Shown: piece by piece, positions 11,809 to 25,400 of the stretch | Layout of the letters: the number at the start of each line of letters is the position of its first letter | Position numbering within the stretch: the stretch's first letter is position 1 | NCBI GenBank assembly: GCA_965113315.1 | Contig: OZ220367.1 | DNA length: 64,000 nucleotides | Reading direction: 5' to 3' (one strand) | From: Podarcis vaucheri | Taxonomy: Eukaryota | Notes under the pieces: generated by a model | Databases searched by the model: none | Told to the model about the DNA's origin: nothing | Seen by the model: only the letters and a program-made list of their open reading frames with translations | Made by a program: the position numbers and the translations under genes

Positions 11809-14414
11809 ATGAAAGCCTATGGGTCTGCATTTCTGAAGCAGCCCTTCCCACAAGCCTGCATTTTCTTCTTGCAGAAGGTGATCAAGTCAGTGATTTTAGC
11901 TATAAGGTGTGGCAATAGGAGAGGGAGTTATCAAGGATTGAGTCACTTCTGGTCTCCTTGATGGTATTGGGGTGGGGCTTTAACTGGCCCCACAGTTTTC
12001 CACAAAACGTCTCAGGATTCCATCTGTTCTAAACCTTGGGCTTGTTTGTGGATGTTATTTTCGCACACATTGTGACTGTGGGAAATTTAATAAGGTCTCA
12101 AATAGGACATGTAGGTTTGTCAGAAAAATGATATAGCAGATATTCTGTTGGTGTCAGTACAGCAAGAACCTATTTTCAGTGGTTTATATGAGTTCCAACA
12201 GACATTAACAAGATTAATGAGATTTCAGCAAATGCATAGGAAAAACACTTTATGTTTTGGCTTTATAATTATATTCTATAGTGTGTGGAAAAAACAAGAA
12301 TTTTCCAAATATAAAAAGAGTGTTTGATAATGAGGTTTAATGTCAGCCTGTCTATTCAGCAAAGACTGCAGTCTTTAAGAACTGGTGTTATCTGATATTT
12401 GAGTTAGTTTCGGGTTGCTCCATTTTACACAAATTTATTATTGATTCCCAAGGCCTGTTAAACCAATGATAGGAATACTTACGAATGTGCATGGAGGCAC
12501 AACATTATGACCTTCTTGTAATGACAAATGTTATTATGAAGCTTTGATGTAGCAATCCTGAAACTTAATTTTTTGAGGGCTGAGTGCTTGATTGTCTGCT
12601 CACGCCAAAGGCAGAACTGCACGTGTTAACCTTTGGAATTAGCTTGAGTCAGGCTCATTAGCTTGCTGTGTTCAGCTTAACCAGAACATTATGGACAATG
12701 TGGAAGTCTTTCTTTAGCACAGGACTGGGGAACCTGTGACCCATCAATTGCTTTTGGACTACAAATTTCATAATAGAATCCTAGCAACCTGACCATTGAC
12801 CACATTAGTAGGGGCTGAGAAGAGATGGTGACTAACAGCCTCTGAAGGACCACAGGTACCCAGACCTTCAAGATTTTGAACTCTACATGCTGACACAATG
12901 TAGTTGGACAAAAATCGACTTCAAAATCCTAAAGCACTAATGGGGCACCTGTGGTTCTCCATATGTCCCACTTTTGATTTAGGATTTAGAACCCTTATTT
13001 TTGCCCAGCTGCATATCAATATGCATGTGCAACAGCATCATTTTTATGTTCTTAGTGTTTTTTAATAGTATTGAAGTAGCATAATTTATTGCATAGTCAT
13101 GCAGCCTTTCTGGCAGCTGGTAGGAGTATGCTGCAGGCCATGTTGCATTCCCACTGGAGGTGAAGAGCAACCATCAATTGGTGTCAAAATACGCTCGTAA
13201 CTTTTCAGCTCTTTCACTTGATGGCATAACAGAAGGTGGGGTGAACATATTTAGTGTTTTTGAAGTAGGTACATAACAAGCTACAGAGTCTGTGGTTCCC
13301 AGATTGTGTGTTAGCCTTTGTGTAGACATTTTTCTCAGCTGCTTCTGCCTTCATCAGTGTTATGTTCCTGTGTGTGTGTGTGTGTGTCAGACAAACCTAT
13401 CCATCTTGCTGGGGTGGGGAGGAAGTTTACAGTAGGTAGAGTCTGTGCAGAGAATTGTGTTCCTCTAAAGATTCAGCCCAGCATAATTATCCTACTTTTC
13501 AGGAGTGGCTTGCTGTAGTTATACAAACCTACTTCTCAACCTCTTCCACTTCTCCCCCACCCTATCAGCCATATAGCTGCTATACAGAGTCCAGGAGCCA
13601 GCATACTACCCCGCCTTCCAAAATATGTATTCACAATGCAAGATATCTCCTCTTAACTTAAAGCCAACTTTGACCATTTTAATCACTTGCCTTTCCCCAT
13701 AGAACTGCTTTTTTATTTTTTTTAAAAAAGAGATGGGAATGCAATTTTGGGGAGTGATTGTCAAAATAGAGCTTATTTATGGCAACAATTTATTTAAAAC
13801 TGAGGGCCAAGCTAGGAACTATTACAGGTTCTTTAAGGCACTAGATCACATAGGAAACTGAGAGAATATTTAAATTCCTGAGTGATAGCGTTTTTAGAAG
13901 CCTCAGCAAACAGATGGCTAAGATTCTTCCAGTCCTTCCCTAAGTTAACATAGTTACTACACCAAGTTTTATATCCCCACTTCAATTGTTTTTGTTTTTG
14001 ACTATGCCAAGACTATAGAAGTCTGTTGGTTGTCATCCTGAATTATATACAGTTAATTGAATATGAAAATTGAGCCTGTATGTATGTAACACTTTGAAGA
14101 ATTGTGTTGTTGTGCATTATTACAGATGATGGCGAGCATCCAGATAACTACTTTAGGCATATCCAACATCTCAGGCATGCCTAGTGGGATTTTTGATCTC
14201 TTCATGGTGTTATCACAGACTGCTTTTGAAAGCCCCTTCAAAGTACTTTGCTACACAGTACAGAGAGGCTGTGTAGTGTTAGTTTGTGTTATTTGCAGAC
14301 TAACATTTATGCGCACAAATACTCTATAGCTGGTAGGATGAAACACATAGACATCTTTTTAGCTCTTAAAAAGCCTGCTTAAAATTAAATTCCAACTCTT
14401 TTCCTGTCTTACAG

Positions 14415-14535
14415 CTTTAAAGAAATATGCATTGTTACAATTTTATTTTGGAATTGATGAAGTGGAAATACAGATGAAACAAGTTTGCAGGATATCAACT
14501 CTACAGCACCATTTCATCCCACTCATCAGCAAAAG
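14415..14535 (+). other. BMPR1A: BMPR1A non-coding 5'UTR exon (putative)
   Basis: Acceptor ctctttttcctgtcttacag| and donor aag|gtaac, 121 nt. The sequence gaaatatgcat...ttggaattgatgaagtggaa resembles the human BMPR1A 5'UTR exon 2 as I recall it. Confidence 0.75.
14427..14477 (+). CDS. Upstream ORF (16 aa, MHCYNFILELMKWKYR) in the BMPR1A leader
   Basis: ATG at 14427 and TGA at 14475-14477, inside the putative UTR exon. Translation is not shown by the sequence. Confidence 0.5.
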   Translation: MHCYNFILELMKWKYR

Positions 14536-15043
14536 GTAACAAACATCCATTCAAAAAGGGGCTCAATTCAAATATAACATTCTTATGGGCTGTTGGATTA
14601 GAAATGTTAACTTTTATTTAAAGCACCAATATCCTGCCTATCTTAAAAGTTCAAGGTGGCTAGCAAAATTCTGGGGGAGGGGGGCCTATAATATATCTCC
14701 GGGTCAGATTCAAAGCTGCAAATAAACAAAACAAAACAAAAAAACAAGAACCAGCCTTCCTTGCTGTGCTGGTTTTTTAGTCCTCACTGTAGCAGGAGGG
14801 CATGAGTTTCATTACAGGCACTTGAAACATAATTGACAATCAGCGTCCATTGTATTTCATATTTGAAAATATCATATAAAATGCCTGTTGGCTCTCCTTG
14901 TTGGAGAGGCTGATTAAATCTCTTTTCAGGCACTTTGTAAACTTCTAGGCAAACTATCAACCAATCCTACTGGTCAGAGTGGCTGAGAAGATCAAAAGGG
15001 ATGGTGCCTTAACCCTTGGCAGAAAAATAATAATAGTTTAGCA

Positions 15044-15179
15044 CAGGCTTCCTCAGCCTTGGTCCTCCAGATGTTTCTGGCCTACAACTCCCATAATCCC
15101 TAGCTAGCAGGACCAGTGGTCGGGGATGATGGGAATTATAGTCTCAAAACATCTGGAGGGCCGAGGTGAAGGAAGCCTG
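15044..15179. mobile_element. Short hAT (Charlie-like) MITE
   Basis: TIRs caggcttcct / aggaagcctg, palindromic interior, perfect 8-bp TSD gtttagca (15036-15043, 15180-15187). More degraded relatives at ~12720-12870, 34715-34850, 40550-40675, 54675-54800 and 56850-56990. Confidence 0.9.
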
Positions 15180-15374
15180 GTTTAGCATATGATATTTAAA
15201 AATAGTCTACCTCAGTTCAGATGTTTTTTATTGCTGTTCCGTTTATGGGGTAAAATTGGTCCAATATCTGATCTATCATTACATGCAGAAGTTTGTTCAT
15301 GGTTGAACGCATAATAATGAGTCTCAGCAGAAACTGGCCCAGATAGATGGACATTAGTATGTCATTGTTTAAAT

Positions 15375-15833
15375 CAGTGGTTCTCAAGCTTTTTTCTCTG
15401 GGCCACACCACACCACATTATTTTATTGATAAGAAGTACATTGCAAAACAAGAAGAAACAACTACTAGCAGTGCTTGATTTATCATATAGAAAACAACTA
15501 CTTCATAACATGATCATGGGACATCCAGAAAGTGTGAAACAATGCAGCTACATAAGAACATGACTCATTTCCAAAATATAATTCTAAATGAGCCTCTTAC
15601 ACATGTATGTTAAGTATGTATACAAACTCAATAACAGGTGTGAGCTTGCAGTATCACTTGATGCTCCTAGTCTCATTTTGAAAAGCTAGTTATTCATATT
15701 TTGAAAATAGAAAAATATTTTGACATTATACTACACTAAAAGGTTTCTTTGATTGTCGTTGAATCTTTGCAGCACACTTTCCAGCCTCTCCCGCCACACT
15801 TGTGTAGTGCACCACACCCTCTGAGAACCACTG
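15375..15833. mobile_element. Non-autonomous hAT-Charlie element
   Basis: TIRs cagtggttctca / tgagaaccactg. 8-bp TSD gtttaaat / ttttaaat. Confidence 0.8.
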
Positions 15834-17138
15834 TTTTAAATGAATGGTGATAAAATCTTACTGGCAAAGTTATACTTCTGAGTATTTTTAAAGAGAAAGG
15901 TCCTGTTCACTCTCTAGTTTGAAAGATAGGCTTGGATACATTTATCCCCTTCAGAATGCTCTCATTGGATAAGGCACAAAAGGGAGTTTGCAGAAGATAC
16001 TGATGAAGTAATAGTAAACAAAGTCCAAGGGAACAAATAGCAGGAAAAATTCAGGGCAACTTAAAGGAAAGATATGAAAAAAATCATCTATGATATTGAA
16101 ATTTGGGACATAATGGTGAGTGTCAAGTAGAATAAACCCATTCTAGTAAAACACTTAGCTTGGTATTACTGTAATTTTCACTTGCTATTAAAATGAGATA
16201 ATTCAATAATTAAAATTATGATTCTGTTTCTGTTCAGATAGCTTTCATTGTACTTACTTTTGTGAGAAGTTCTGGATCCAGTATCTAGTTTTATTTCACA
16301 TTCAGTTTTAAATTGTGTGTATTTATGTTGCAAATACTGAAATTGTGGAGAAACATAACAAAAGATTCATAAAAATGCATCATAGGGAAATTTAGGTAAA
16401 TATTGTGTACATGGCAAAATATATAATGATCCCAAGCAACATTTCCTTAAAATATGTGTCCCTTTAAAATTCACACTCATCTTCCACAGAAATGAAGCAC
16501 TTGCTTTCCTTTTCAAGCACATTATAATTTTACGCTAAGGAACTTTGGGATTCCTCATAAAAAGCCCCCGCCCGCCCCGATATCAACACTGCTTAGCATT
16601 GATTTTCATGAATTGGGGGGTACCATGAAACAACTTTATTTTAACACTTAAAAAAACTAAGGGAAAATACAAGTCTGTTGCTATAGAAGTGTGAACGTTA
16701 TCTTTGTACTCTGTTTTGTTCATCTACTGAAATTTTAAGATTGGTTTTAGAGTCTGTTTTGAAACTGTTTTTAGAACTACCTTGTTTTGAGCTTCAGGGA
16801 ATACATTTTTGTGAAAGAATGTGTCCATAGTTGTTTAGTCATAACACATTTATGATACCTAAAAATACATAGTTGCCTGTTTATCTTGCTCTAACTTGAA
16901 ATCAACCACTTACTTGTTAAGAGAGACAAAACAGGAGTCCTTACAAACTTGAATTAAATGTTGCTCCACAACTTCCTCTACTATCAGCCAACTGTTCTGC
17001 TCAACTTAATAGTTTTCTGATACCCTTTGTGGGCAACACTGAAAACTCTGGTATTTCTGTTATTGAAACTCCTTTGGCCATAGTTCCTAAGGACAGTTGC
17101 TCACAATGCACTCATTTAATTCCAATCAGTGCAAAATA

Positions 17139-17403
17139 CAGTCATACCTCGTGTTGCGTTCCACTCTTCTTACGGACTTTCAGCTTACGAATGTGGCAAA
17201 CCCAGAAGTATTTACTTCTGGGTTCGCCGCCCGCGCATGCACAGAAGCAATCTGCGCGCTATGTGCAGAAGCGATCTTCGCGCACACGCAGAAGTGATTG
17301 ATTGCACCTCGCACATGCACGGAAGAGGCGCTCTAGTTGTGGACTTTTCGGGGTGTGAACGGCACCCTGAAACGGATTAAGTCCGCAACTAGAGGTACCA
17401 CTG
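17139..17403. mobile_element. Tc1/mariner-type MITE
   Basis: ta|cagtcatacctcgtgttgcg ... cgcaactagaggtaccactg|tg. Confidence 0.8.
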
Positions 17404-17820
17404 TGGGTTTCATTGGCCGAGTTTGAACATCATGCTTAAACCATAGTTTCAGTATTATATAAATGAATCTGGGCATGAGCCTTGGGTTTGCCCTCTCTTT
17501 TCTAGTTCAGGCATGAAAATGAGATTGGAAGAATCTGCTTTCAGGTTAAAATAACCATGGTTGTCACTACAGTTACTCTAGAGTTTGGTTTATTGGAACA
17601 AGTTAGAATCAATCCATGGTTTCTGATCCTGGCTTTTCCTGTCTGTTGTTTCCTTCAGACTTCTCATAATGAAACACTCCAGCAGTATAACAGCACACAA
17701 ACCTGATGTTGGGAATTGTTGGATTGACTTTAGATCTTTTCAGTTTAAATGGTGATCCTAAGATAACTGTGCATCTGAAAGGGCCAGTTCAGAGTTCCCC
17801 TCCATCTACTTCTATTAGAG

Positions 17821-17822
<2 letters not shown>

Positions 17823-17851
<29 letters not shown>
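17823..17851. repeat. (GA)n microsatellite
   Basis: Direct read. Confidence 0.95.
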
Positions 17852-17855
<4 letters not shown>

Positions 17856-18261
17856 ATTTGCGTTTAGTGGGAATGGTTTGAACACAAATTCTGGAATGTG
17901 TGTTAAAGTATTTTTCACCTCACATTAAAAGGTTGCATCTGCTTTGACCATTAGTTTCATTCCAGTAGTCCTTAACTCACTGAATAAGTAGTTTCTGTCA
18001 ATCCTTTTGCCCTCATTGCATTGGTGTAGCTAGGTTTTTCGTTAGGGGGGCAGGCAAGGCATTTTTTTAGGGGATCAGCCAAAGTTGTTGAGCTTTTTGA
18101 GAGGAAAGCACTGGTAGAAATATTGCCCAAAAGGCATCTGCTCCCCACCCCCACCCCGGCTATGCCCATGCTTCACTATACTCCATTCTTCAGCAGGGAA
18201 AGATCCATGAATGCCACTGTTGGTAACTCACACTCTTGTGTGACTCTGTTCTTCCACAGCA

Positions 18262-18503
18262 CAGTGGTACCTCATGTTACGTACTGGCCCCCTTAAGAAT
18301 GCTTCAGGTTTTGCGCTCCTCTAACTCGGAAGTAGGTGCCCCTTGTTGCGAACTTTGCCCTGGGATGCGAGCGGAAGTCGTGCTCCAGCGGCGCGGCAGC
18401 AGCGGGAGCCGCCGTTAGCAAAAGCGCGCCTCATGTTATGAACGGTTTCCGGTTACGAACGGATCTCTGGAACAGATTAAGTTTGTAACCGGAGGTACCA
18501 CTG
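18262..18503. mobile_element. Tc1/mariner-type MITE
   Basis: cagtggtacctcatgttac ... gtaaccggaggtaccactg|ta. Confidence 0.85.
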
Positions 18504-18668
18504 TAGTTTGCTCACTCTGGCTGTGGGTACTCTTTCCTGTCCAGACAAATGGAGATACTACCCTCTTTTCACCAATCGGGAGGAAATCTGCTCCTTTGGA
18601 AACAGAATATGCCATGCAAATAGCACCTCAAAACATAAGGACATTTAATAAATGTGCAGCATGAAAAT

Positions 18669-19620
18669 ATAAGAAGCGCCTGTTGCATCAAGCCAGTAGC
18701 TCATCTGGTCCAGCATCCTCTTCTCACGGTGGCCAAACAGTTGCCTGTGGGAAGCCTCCTCTCTCCTGTGGTTTCCAGCAACTGATATTGAGAAACCCCA
18801 AAGTGGAGGTAGAACATAGCTACCATGGTTAGTAGCCATTGATAGCCATATCTTCATGAATTTGTCTAATCCTATTTTAAAGCCATTGAAGTTGGTGGCC
18901 ATCCTATGGGAGCAGATTTCATAGTTTAACTGTGCACTGTGTGCAGAAGTATATATATTTTTTTGCCTGTCCTGAATCTTCCAACATTCAGCTTCATTGA
19001 ATGTCCCCTAGTTGAAAGACAGAGACAAACCTGTCTCTATCCACATTCTCTACACAATGCATAATTTTGTACAACTCTATCATGTCTCCTCTTATTGATC
19101 TTTTATGAAAATCCCAAAATGTTAAAACCTTTCCTCATGGGGAGCTATTCTATCCCATCAATCATTTTTGTTGTTCTTTTTGGAGCCTTTTCCAGCTCTA
19201 CACTGTCCTTTTTGAAGTGAGATGACCGGAACAGTACTTAGTATTCAAAGTGTAGTTGCATCATAGATTTGTATAATTGAATTATATCAGCAGTTTCATT
19301 TTAAATTCCTTTCCGAAAGTTCCCTAGCATGAAATCTGCCTTTTCTGCAGCTACCCACACACACTGGGTCGGCATCTTCATCAAGCTATTCTCTCCCAAC
19401 TCCAAGGTTTTGCTCTTGTCAGTTACCACCGGTTCAGACATCAAGACCATGTATCCTATGCGAAATTAAGTCGTCTCCCCCTGCATCATTTTTATACTTG
19501 TTTACATTGAATTGCATTTTGACATTTTACAACCCATTCACACAACTTTTAGAAATCATTTTGGAGCTCTTCACAGTTGTGATGTGTTTTGACCATCCTG
19601 TACAATTTAGAATCATCAGT
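18669..19620 (-). mobile_element. Degraded CR1-clade LINE 3' fragment
   Basis: Begins ataagaagcgcctg...catctggtccagcatcctcttctcac. The minus strand has CR1-like ORF2 remnants (e.g. FKIGLDKFM in ORF 18645-18902). Confidence 0.65.
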
Positions 19621-21623
19621 TCCTCAGTTCTCACTCTATAAAATGAGTGCATTAATTACCTTGTGCATAAATGAGAAGGAGTTGCTGTGAAATAGATCAT
19701 AATTATAAACAAAAGTGTGTTACAGCCTGGTGTTGATAAATGCTAGGGCTCTGTGTAATACTACTCTTAGCTTAGCAGTTGGTAATGCAAGAATAATAGA
19801 GTGAGCTGCGTGTATTGCTTCTCCCACTTCCTTGGACTCCCCCACCCCCCCTCCAATGGTAGAGAGGAAGGGAGGAAGTTCCACAGTCTGATTCTGATTA
19901 CTTAACTATTGTAAAGCAACCAGGAGTATTAAATCTGAAATGTCGGTGTTGCCCCTCTACATTCTTCGAGTTAGATTCACAAATGTTAATGAAATACTAA
20001 CGAGTTGGGCAAATCTTCTGACCCAAAGTTCATCTGCGTAAGTCCTGAGATGACAAATTGTATGGTCTTAACTTATCATTCTACACTTTCACTCTTCAAA
20101 CACTTTCCCATAACTATAGCTGGGGTTCCCCCCTCCCAGCAGATATGTCACGTCTACCCCATTCAAAATCTTAGAAGCCAGTTCCACAGATTAAAATCCG
20201 CAGAGCACATGGGGTCATGCCCTATGTTTTTAATATATTGCACCCTTAAAAATGTGTTGACAATTGATTTCTCTCCTCTTCATCCCAAACACCCCCTCCA
20301 AAACCCAGCCCTATCTAATTCAAAATATTTGTTTCCCTTAAATATTCTGATAGTTCTTTGTTTAATTGTCTGGAATGTCGCTGGCATACAAAGAAGGCTG
20401 AAAGTTGTAACACCAAGTTTTCTTGCACTGTGGGTATGCAAGAATTTGTGTGCCTCATTCTTCTGAATTACTTAATATTTTATATAGCGACACTGAGCTG
20501 CATAACAACGGCTTTTAACATTTTATCCTTAAATAAAGTCCTTCACTGTTTTGTCTGTAGGGGATGGCAGGAGGGGGAGATTGCTTACTGAAGGAGAAGA
20601 CAGTATTCTTATGCTAATCCAGTCTGTGGATAAGGAGCAATGCAGCCATGCAAACAATGGAAGTGGAGCCAGAAAGTCTGCTGTGTAGTCTAGCACGCCT
20701 TGAAAAGCATATGAGACAGGGCGCCTAGGGCTGCTTAAGGGGAGGGGCCCAAGAAAAGGGGAGCGCTTTACTCCAAGTTATTTTATGGAACTGGCAGATG
20801 ACCAAAGAAAGGAACCTTACTACATAGACAGAGAGAATTAAGATGAGGGGGATGAGAGAAAGGAGTTTCTGAAATCTGCTTTTCAGTTCTCATAGACTAA
20901 AACCCTAGCTTTGGCTTTATTTAATGTATGGCTGCAATTGAACCCTCAAATTCAGCTTGAAAAGATTTTGACATAAAACCATAAATATTACAAAAAGCTT
21001 ATTTTAAGAGAAGATGCTGACTTTGAACAGGGTTTTGTTAGATTTACATGGTTAAAATATCTGATCACACAAATCACTGACCAGCAAAATGCCCAATTCT
21101 GTTAATTGCCTTTATATTTAACTTCTGGCAGTGTTTTATTTAATTTATTCATACTCAACCTTTCAAAATCTTCATCTGCACACTCTATACAGTTAGAAAT
21201 GAGGCATACCATCCAGCTGGAGTTCTACTTAAGTGGCTTACCTATTCCTGAAGGAATGAATGTTGTAATCTAAAGTTATCAGCTTGCATGTCTTGCTAAA
21301 GAATGATAGCAAGCATTTCTTCTTGGCTTATTATCTTTTCAGTATTCTAATACTAGGTAGTAAAAGCGAGATGATGAATTCTTAGAAATACCAATTGTAT
21401 AGCAAATTAATATCCTTTTTTGAACGCTATGATTTCTCTGCACAAGGGGCAATAAAGTGGGCACCTGGAGAATTCATTCTGTAACATAATACTAACATTT
21501 ATTAATGGCAGTTGGCAATTCACCATACTTTAAAGGGAGGGCTGTTTAAATTCCATAGGTAAGGTTTAAGTATCATAAATAAATATGAACCTGCAGCAGA
21601 TTATTTTCAGTTTTCAGTATGTG

Positions 21624-21841
21624 CAGTGGCACCTCAGGTTAAGAACTTCTGGTGGTCCGTTCTTAACCTGAAACTGTTCTTAACATGAGGTACCATTTTA
21701 ACTATTGGGACCTCTCGCTGCTGCCGCGCCGCCACCCCGCGATTTCTGTTCTCATCCTGAAGCAAAGTTCTTAACCCGAGGTACTATTTCTGAGTTAGTG
21801 GAGTCTGTAACCTGAAGCGTCTGTAACCCAAGGTACCACTG
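21624..21841. mobile_element. Tc1/mariner-type MITE (sister of 10627-10877)
   Basis: cagtggcacctcaggttaagaac ... taacccaaggtaccactg|ta, with interior nearly colinear with the 10627 copy. Confidence 0.85.
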
Positions 21842-21945
21842 TATTGAATTTTATGAAGTGAGGGGCTTCAAGTTCAGAAGTTATCTGTCAGTGGGCAACA
21901 ACGCTGAGCGAATGGAAGTTATCTCTGCCACCTTTTCCCTGACTA

Positions 21946-22134
21946 CAGTCATACCTTGTGCTACAGACGCTTCTGGTTGCGCATTTTCAGGTTGCGCACC
22001 GTGCCAAACCCGGAAGTACCGGAACGGGTTACTTCCGGGTTTCGGTGCATGTGCAGAAGCACAAAATCGTGCTTTGCGTAGAAGCGCTAGATTGTGACCC
22101 GCACGGATCACGTTCGCAACCCAAGCGTCCACTG
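21946..22134. mobile_element. Tc1/mariner-type MITE
   Basis: ta|cagtcataccttg ... ccaagcgtccactg|ta. Confidence 0.8.
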
Positions 22135-22440
22135 TACTTCACTGAGAAAAGCTCCTTCACAGGGCAAAGGAAGTGCCTCTCCAGTTCAGCATGGCTGCCA
22201 GGCAGCCATGTTTAATGAACAGCACTATCTTCTTTGTTTCTCTTTTTTAGATTTTTATTCAGTTTTTCATTTGCTTATATTGGTTACAACTTAATTACAT
22301 ATTTACATTTTTTTGAGCTTCCACCAGCACCTCCCACAATCATCCATTGTTCTTATTTCCTCGCATTTCCCTATATAGTATTGCTAGTTTACCATTAGTT
22401 TACACCTCTCTATTCCTATCTTGCAATATTCCTTACCGTA

Positions 22441-25400
22441 TTACAAAGTCTCTTTAAACCCCACTAGCGTTGTTTGTTGATCACATATAGTTCCCAGATA
22501 TGCCGCAAACTTCCCCCAGTCCTCGGTGAATTTTTGATCTTTTTGATATCTTATTCTTCCAGTCAATTTATCTAATTCCGCGTAATCTATAAGTTTCATC
22601 CTCCAGTCGCTCAGGGTCGGCATTTCCTCCTGTCTCCACCTCTGGGCCATCAGTATTCTTGCCGCTGTCACAGCATATTGGAACAATTTATAGTCCCGTC
22701 TTTTTATCTCTCTTCCTGTTATACCTAGTAGGAAGGACTCTGGCTTCTTAACAAACGAATAACTAAAGATCTTTTTCAATTCACAATAAATCGAATCCCA
22801 GAAGCCCCTCACCTTCCTACACTCCCACCACATATGAAAGAGAGATCCCTCTTTTTCTTTGCATTTCCAGCACTTATTACATGTCTTATACATTTTAGAC
22901 AACTTTGCCGGTGTGATGTACCACCTGTACACCATCTTCATTATATTTTCTTTCAGTGCTGTACATGCAGTGAATTTCATATTTTCGTTCCATACCTTTT
23001 CCCAATCCTCTAATTGTATGCTGTGACCAAGATCTCTGGCCCACTTAATCATAACCGACTTGATTTCCTCGTCCTTTGTTTGCCATTCTAAAAGTATTTT
23101 GTACATTTTCGAAATTATCTTCACATCATTGTCAATTATTTCTAATTGAAATTTAGACACTTTTTCTATATATCCCCTTTCTTTTAGATCCTTGTTAAAC
23201 ATTGCATTTGCCTGGAAATAATGTAACCAATCATAGACCTGCTCCTTCACTTGTTCATATGGCTTAAATTTCCATTTTTCCCCCTCTTTCACTACCAAAT
23301 CACCATAAGTTATCCAATTTGATCTCATATTCGTTTTTTTTACCGACATTACCTCTAGTGGAGACAGCCAATGCGGAGTTTTGAATTCCAGAATATTTTT
23401 GTATCTGTCCCAAACCTCTATTATGGAGCCCCTAATAACATGATTAGTGAAACTTTGGTGGATTTTCTTCTTCTCCCGCCATAAATAGGCATGCCATCCC
23501 AATCTATTATCATGGCCCTCTAGATCTAACAGTTTATTATTATTTAGTTTTATCCACTCCTTTAGCCAGCAAAGACAAGACGCCTCGTAATAGAGTTTTA
23601 GATCTGGCAGGGCAAAACCGCCTCTTTCTTTTGCGTCTGTCAACAGCTTAAATTGTATCCTTGGCTTCTTGCCCTGCCAGATATATCTCGAAAGCGTTCT
23701 TTGCCAGTCTTTAAATACACTTATTCCCCTGATTATAGGGATCATCTGGAACAGAAATATCATCTTTGGTAGCACACACATTTTGACCGCTGATATTCTG
23801 CCCCAAAAGGACAGTTTCATTCTACCCCAGGTTTCTAAATCTTTCTTTATTCCGTTCCACACCTGAGTATAATTATTCTGATATAGATCAATATTTTTGG
23901 GGGTCAACCATATTCCCAAATACTTTACTTTTTTGGCCACATCAATTCCTGATTCTCGTTGCAACTCATCCACCAGAGTCAGATCAATATTCTTAGCCAT
24001 TAATTTTGTTTTTTTCTTATTTAAAGTAAATCCAGCCATTTTGCCAAACTCTTCTATTTCCTTCAATGCCTCATTCAAGCTGTTTTTTGGTTCTTCAATC
24101 GTTATTACTATGTCATCCGCAAAAGCTTTGATCTTGTATTCATTTTTACCGACTGTAACCCCCTTTATATTGTCATTGTTCCTTATTGAACCCAGAAGGA
24201 CTTCCAGGACTGTTATAAATAGTAACGGCGAGAGAGGGCACCCCTGTCTGGTACCTTTCGATATTTTAAACTCTTCTGTATATACATTATTCACAATCAA
24301 TTTAGCTCTTTGTTCCGAATAAATTGCCCTTATTCCGTTGTAAAATTCATTCCCCACTTCCATCATTTCTAAATTTTTTAACATAAATTCCCACGATACA
24401 TTATCGAAAGCCTTCTCTGCGTCCACAAACATTAATAAGGCTTGCTTCTCAGTCCTTACAGACAGATATTCCAAAATATTAATTATGTTCCTAACATTGT
24501 CTCTCATCTGCCTGCCCGGAAGGAAGCCTGCCTGATCTACATGGATTATTTCTTGCAATATCTTCTTTAATCTCTTTGCTAATATTCCAGCAAAGATCTT
24601 GTAATCTGTGTTTAACAGAGATATTGGCCTATAATTCTTTACTTGTGTCAAATCAGTGTCTTGCTTTGGAATAAGTGTAATAAAGGCCTCTCTCCACGTT
24701 CCGGGGATATCCTGTTGTTGTAGTATGTTATTCATGACTTCCTTTATTGGTACTATTAGGGCGTGCCTCAGTTCTTTGTAGTAACTAGATGTTAAACCAT
24801 CTGGTCCTGGTGCCTTCCCTTTCTTCAGTTCTTTTATTATTTCTATTATTTCCTCATTTACTATTGGGGCGTTCAGTCGGTCTTTCTTATCTGTTGGGAT
24901 CTTTTTCACATCTTTTTCCTTTAAAAATCTTTCTATTTTCCTCATGTTATTCTTTTCTCTATTGTTATATAAATGTTTATAGAAATCCAAAAATCCTTTC
25001 CTAATGGCTTTGGGATTCTCAACTTCTTCTCCCTCTAAGATGATTTTATTAACTGTGTTTTGTTCTTTCCTTTTCTTAATTTGCCACGCAAGCCATTTGC
25101 CGGATTTGTTAGCGAATTCAAAGTTTTTCTGTCGAAGCCTTTTGATATTCCATTCCACCTCTTTGTTAATAATCATTGCAAATTGTGCCTGCAGGACTTT
25201 AATATTCTCTTTTATTTTTGAGCTGTTTGGGTTCTTAGTTAATTTTACTTCATTATCCATTATTTGTTTTAAGATCTCCTTCTTCCCTTTCTCCCTATTC
25301 TTATTCTTAATCGCATTCTGTTGAATAAAGAATCCTCTTATAACTGCCTTGCTTGCATCCCAAACTATGCTCATTTTTGTGCCTTTGTTCATATTATCTG

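Noticed and set aside
1-14414. BMPR1A promoter or first exon
   Set aside because: No CpG island or convincing first-exon donor was seen. The promoter probably lies upstream of the window.
20005-20466. 153-aa ORF
   Set aside because: Non-ATG start, no recognisable domain and no convincing splice context. Consistent with chance in intronic DNA.
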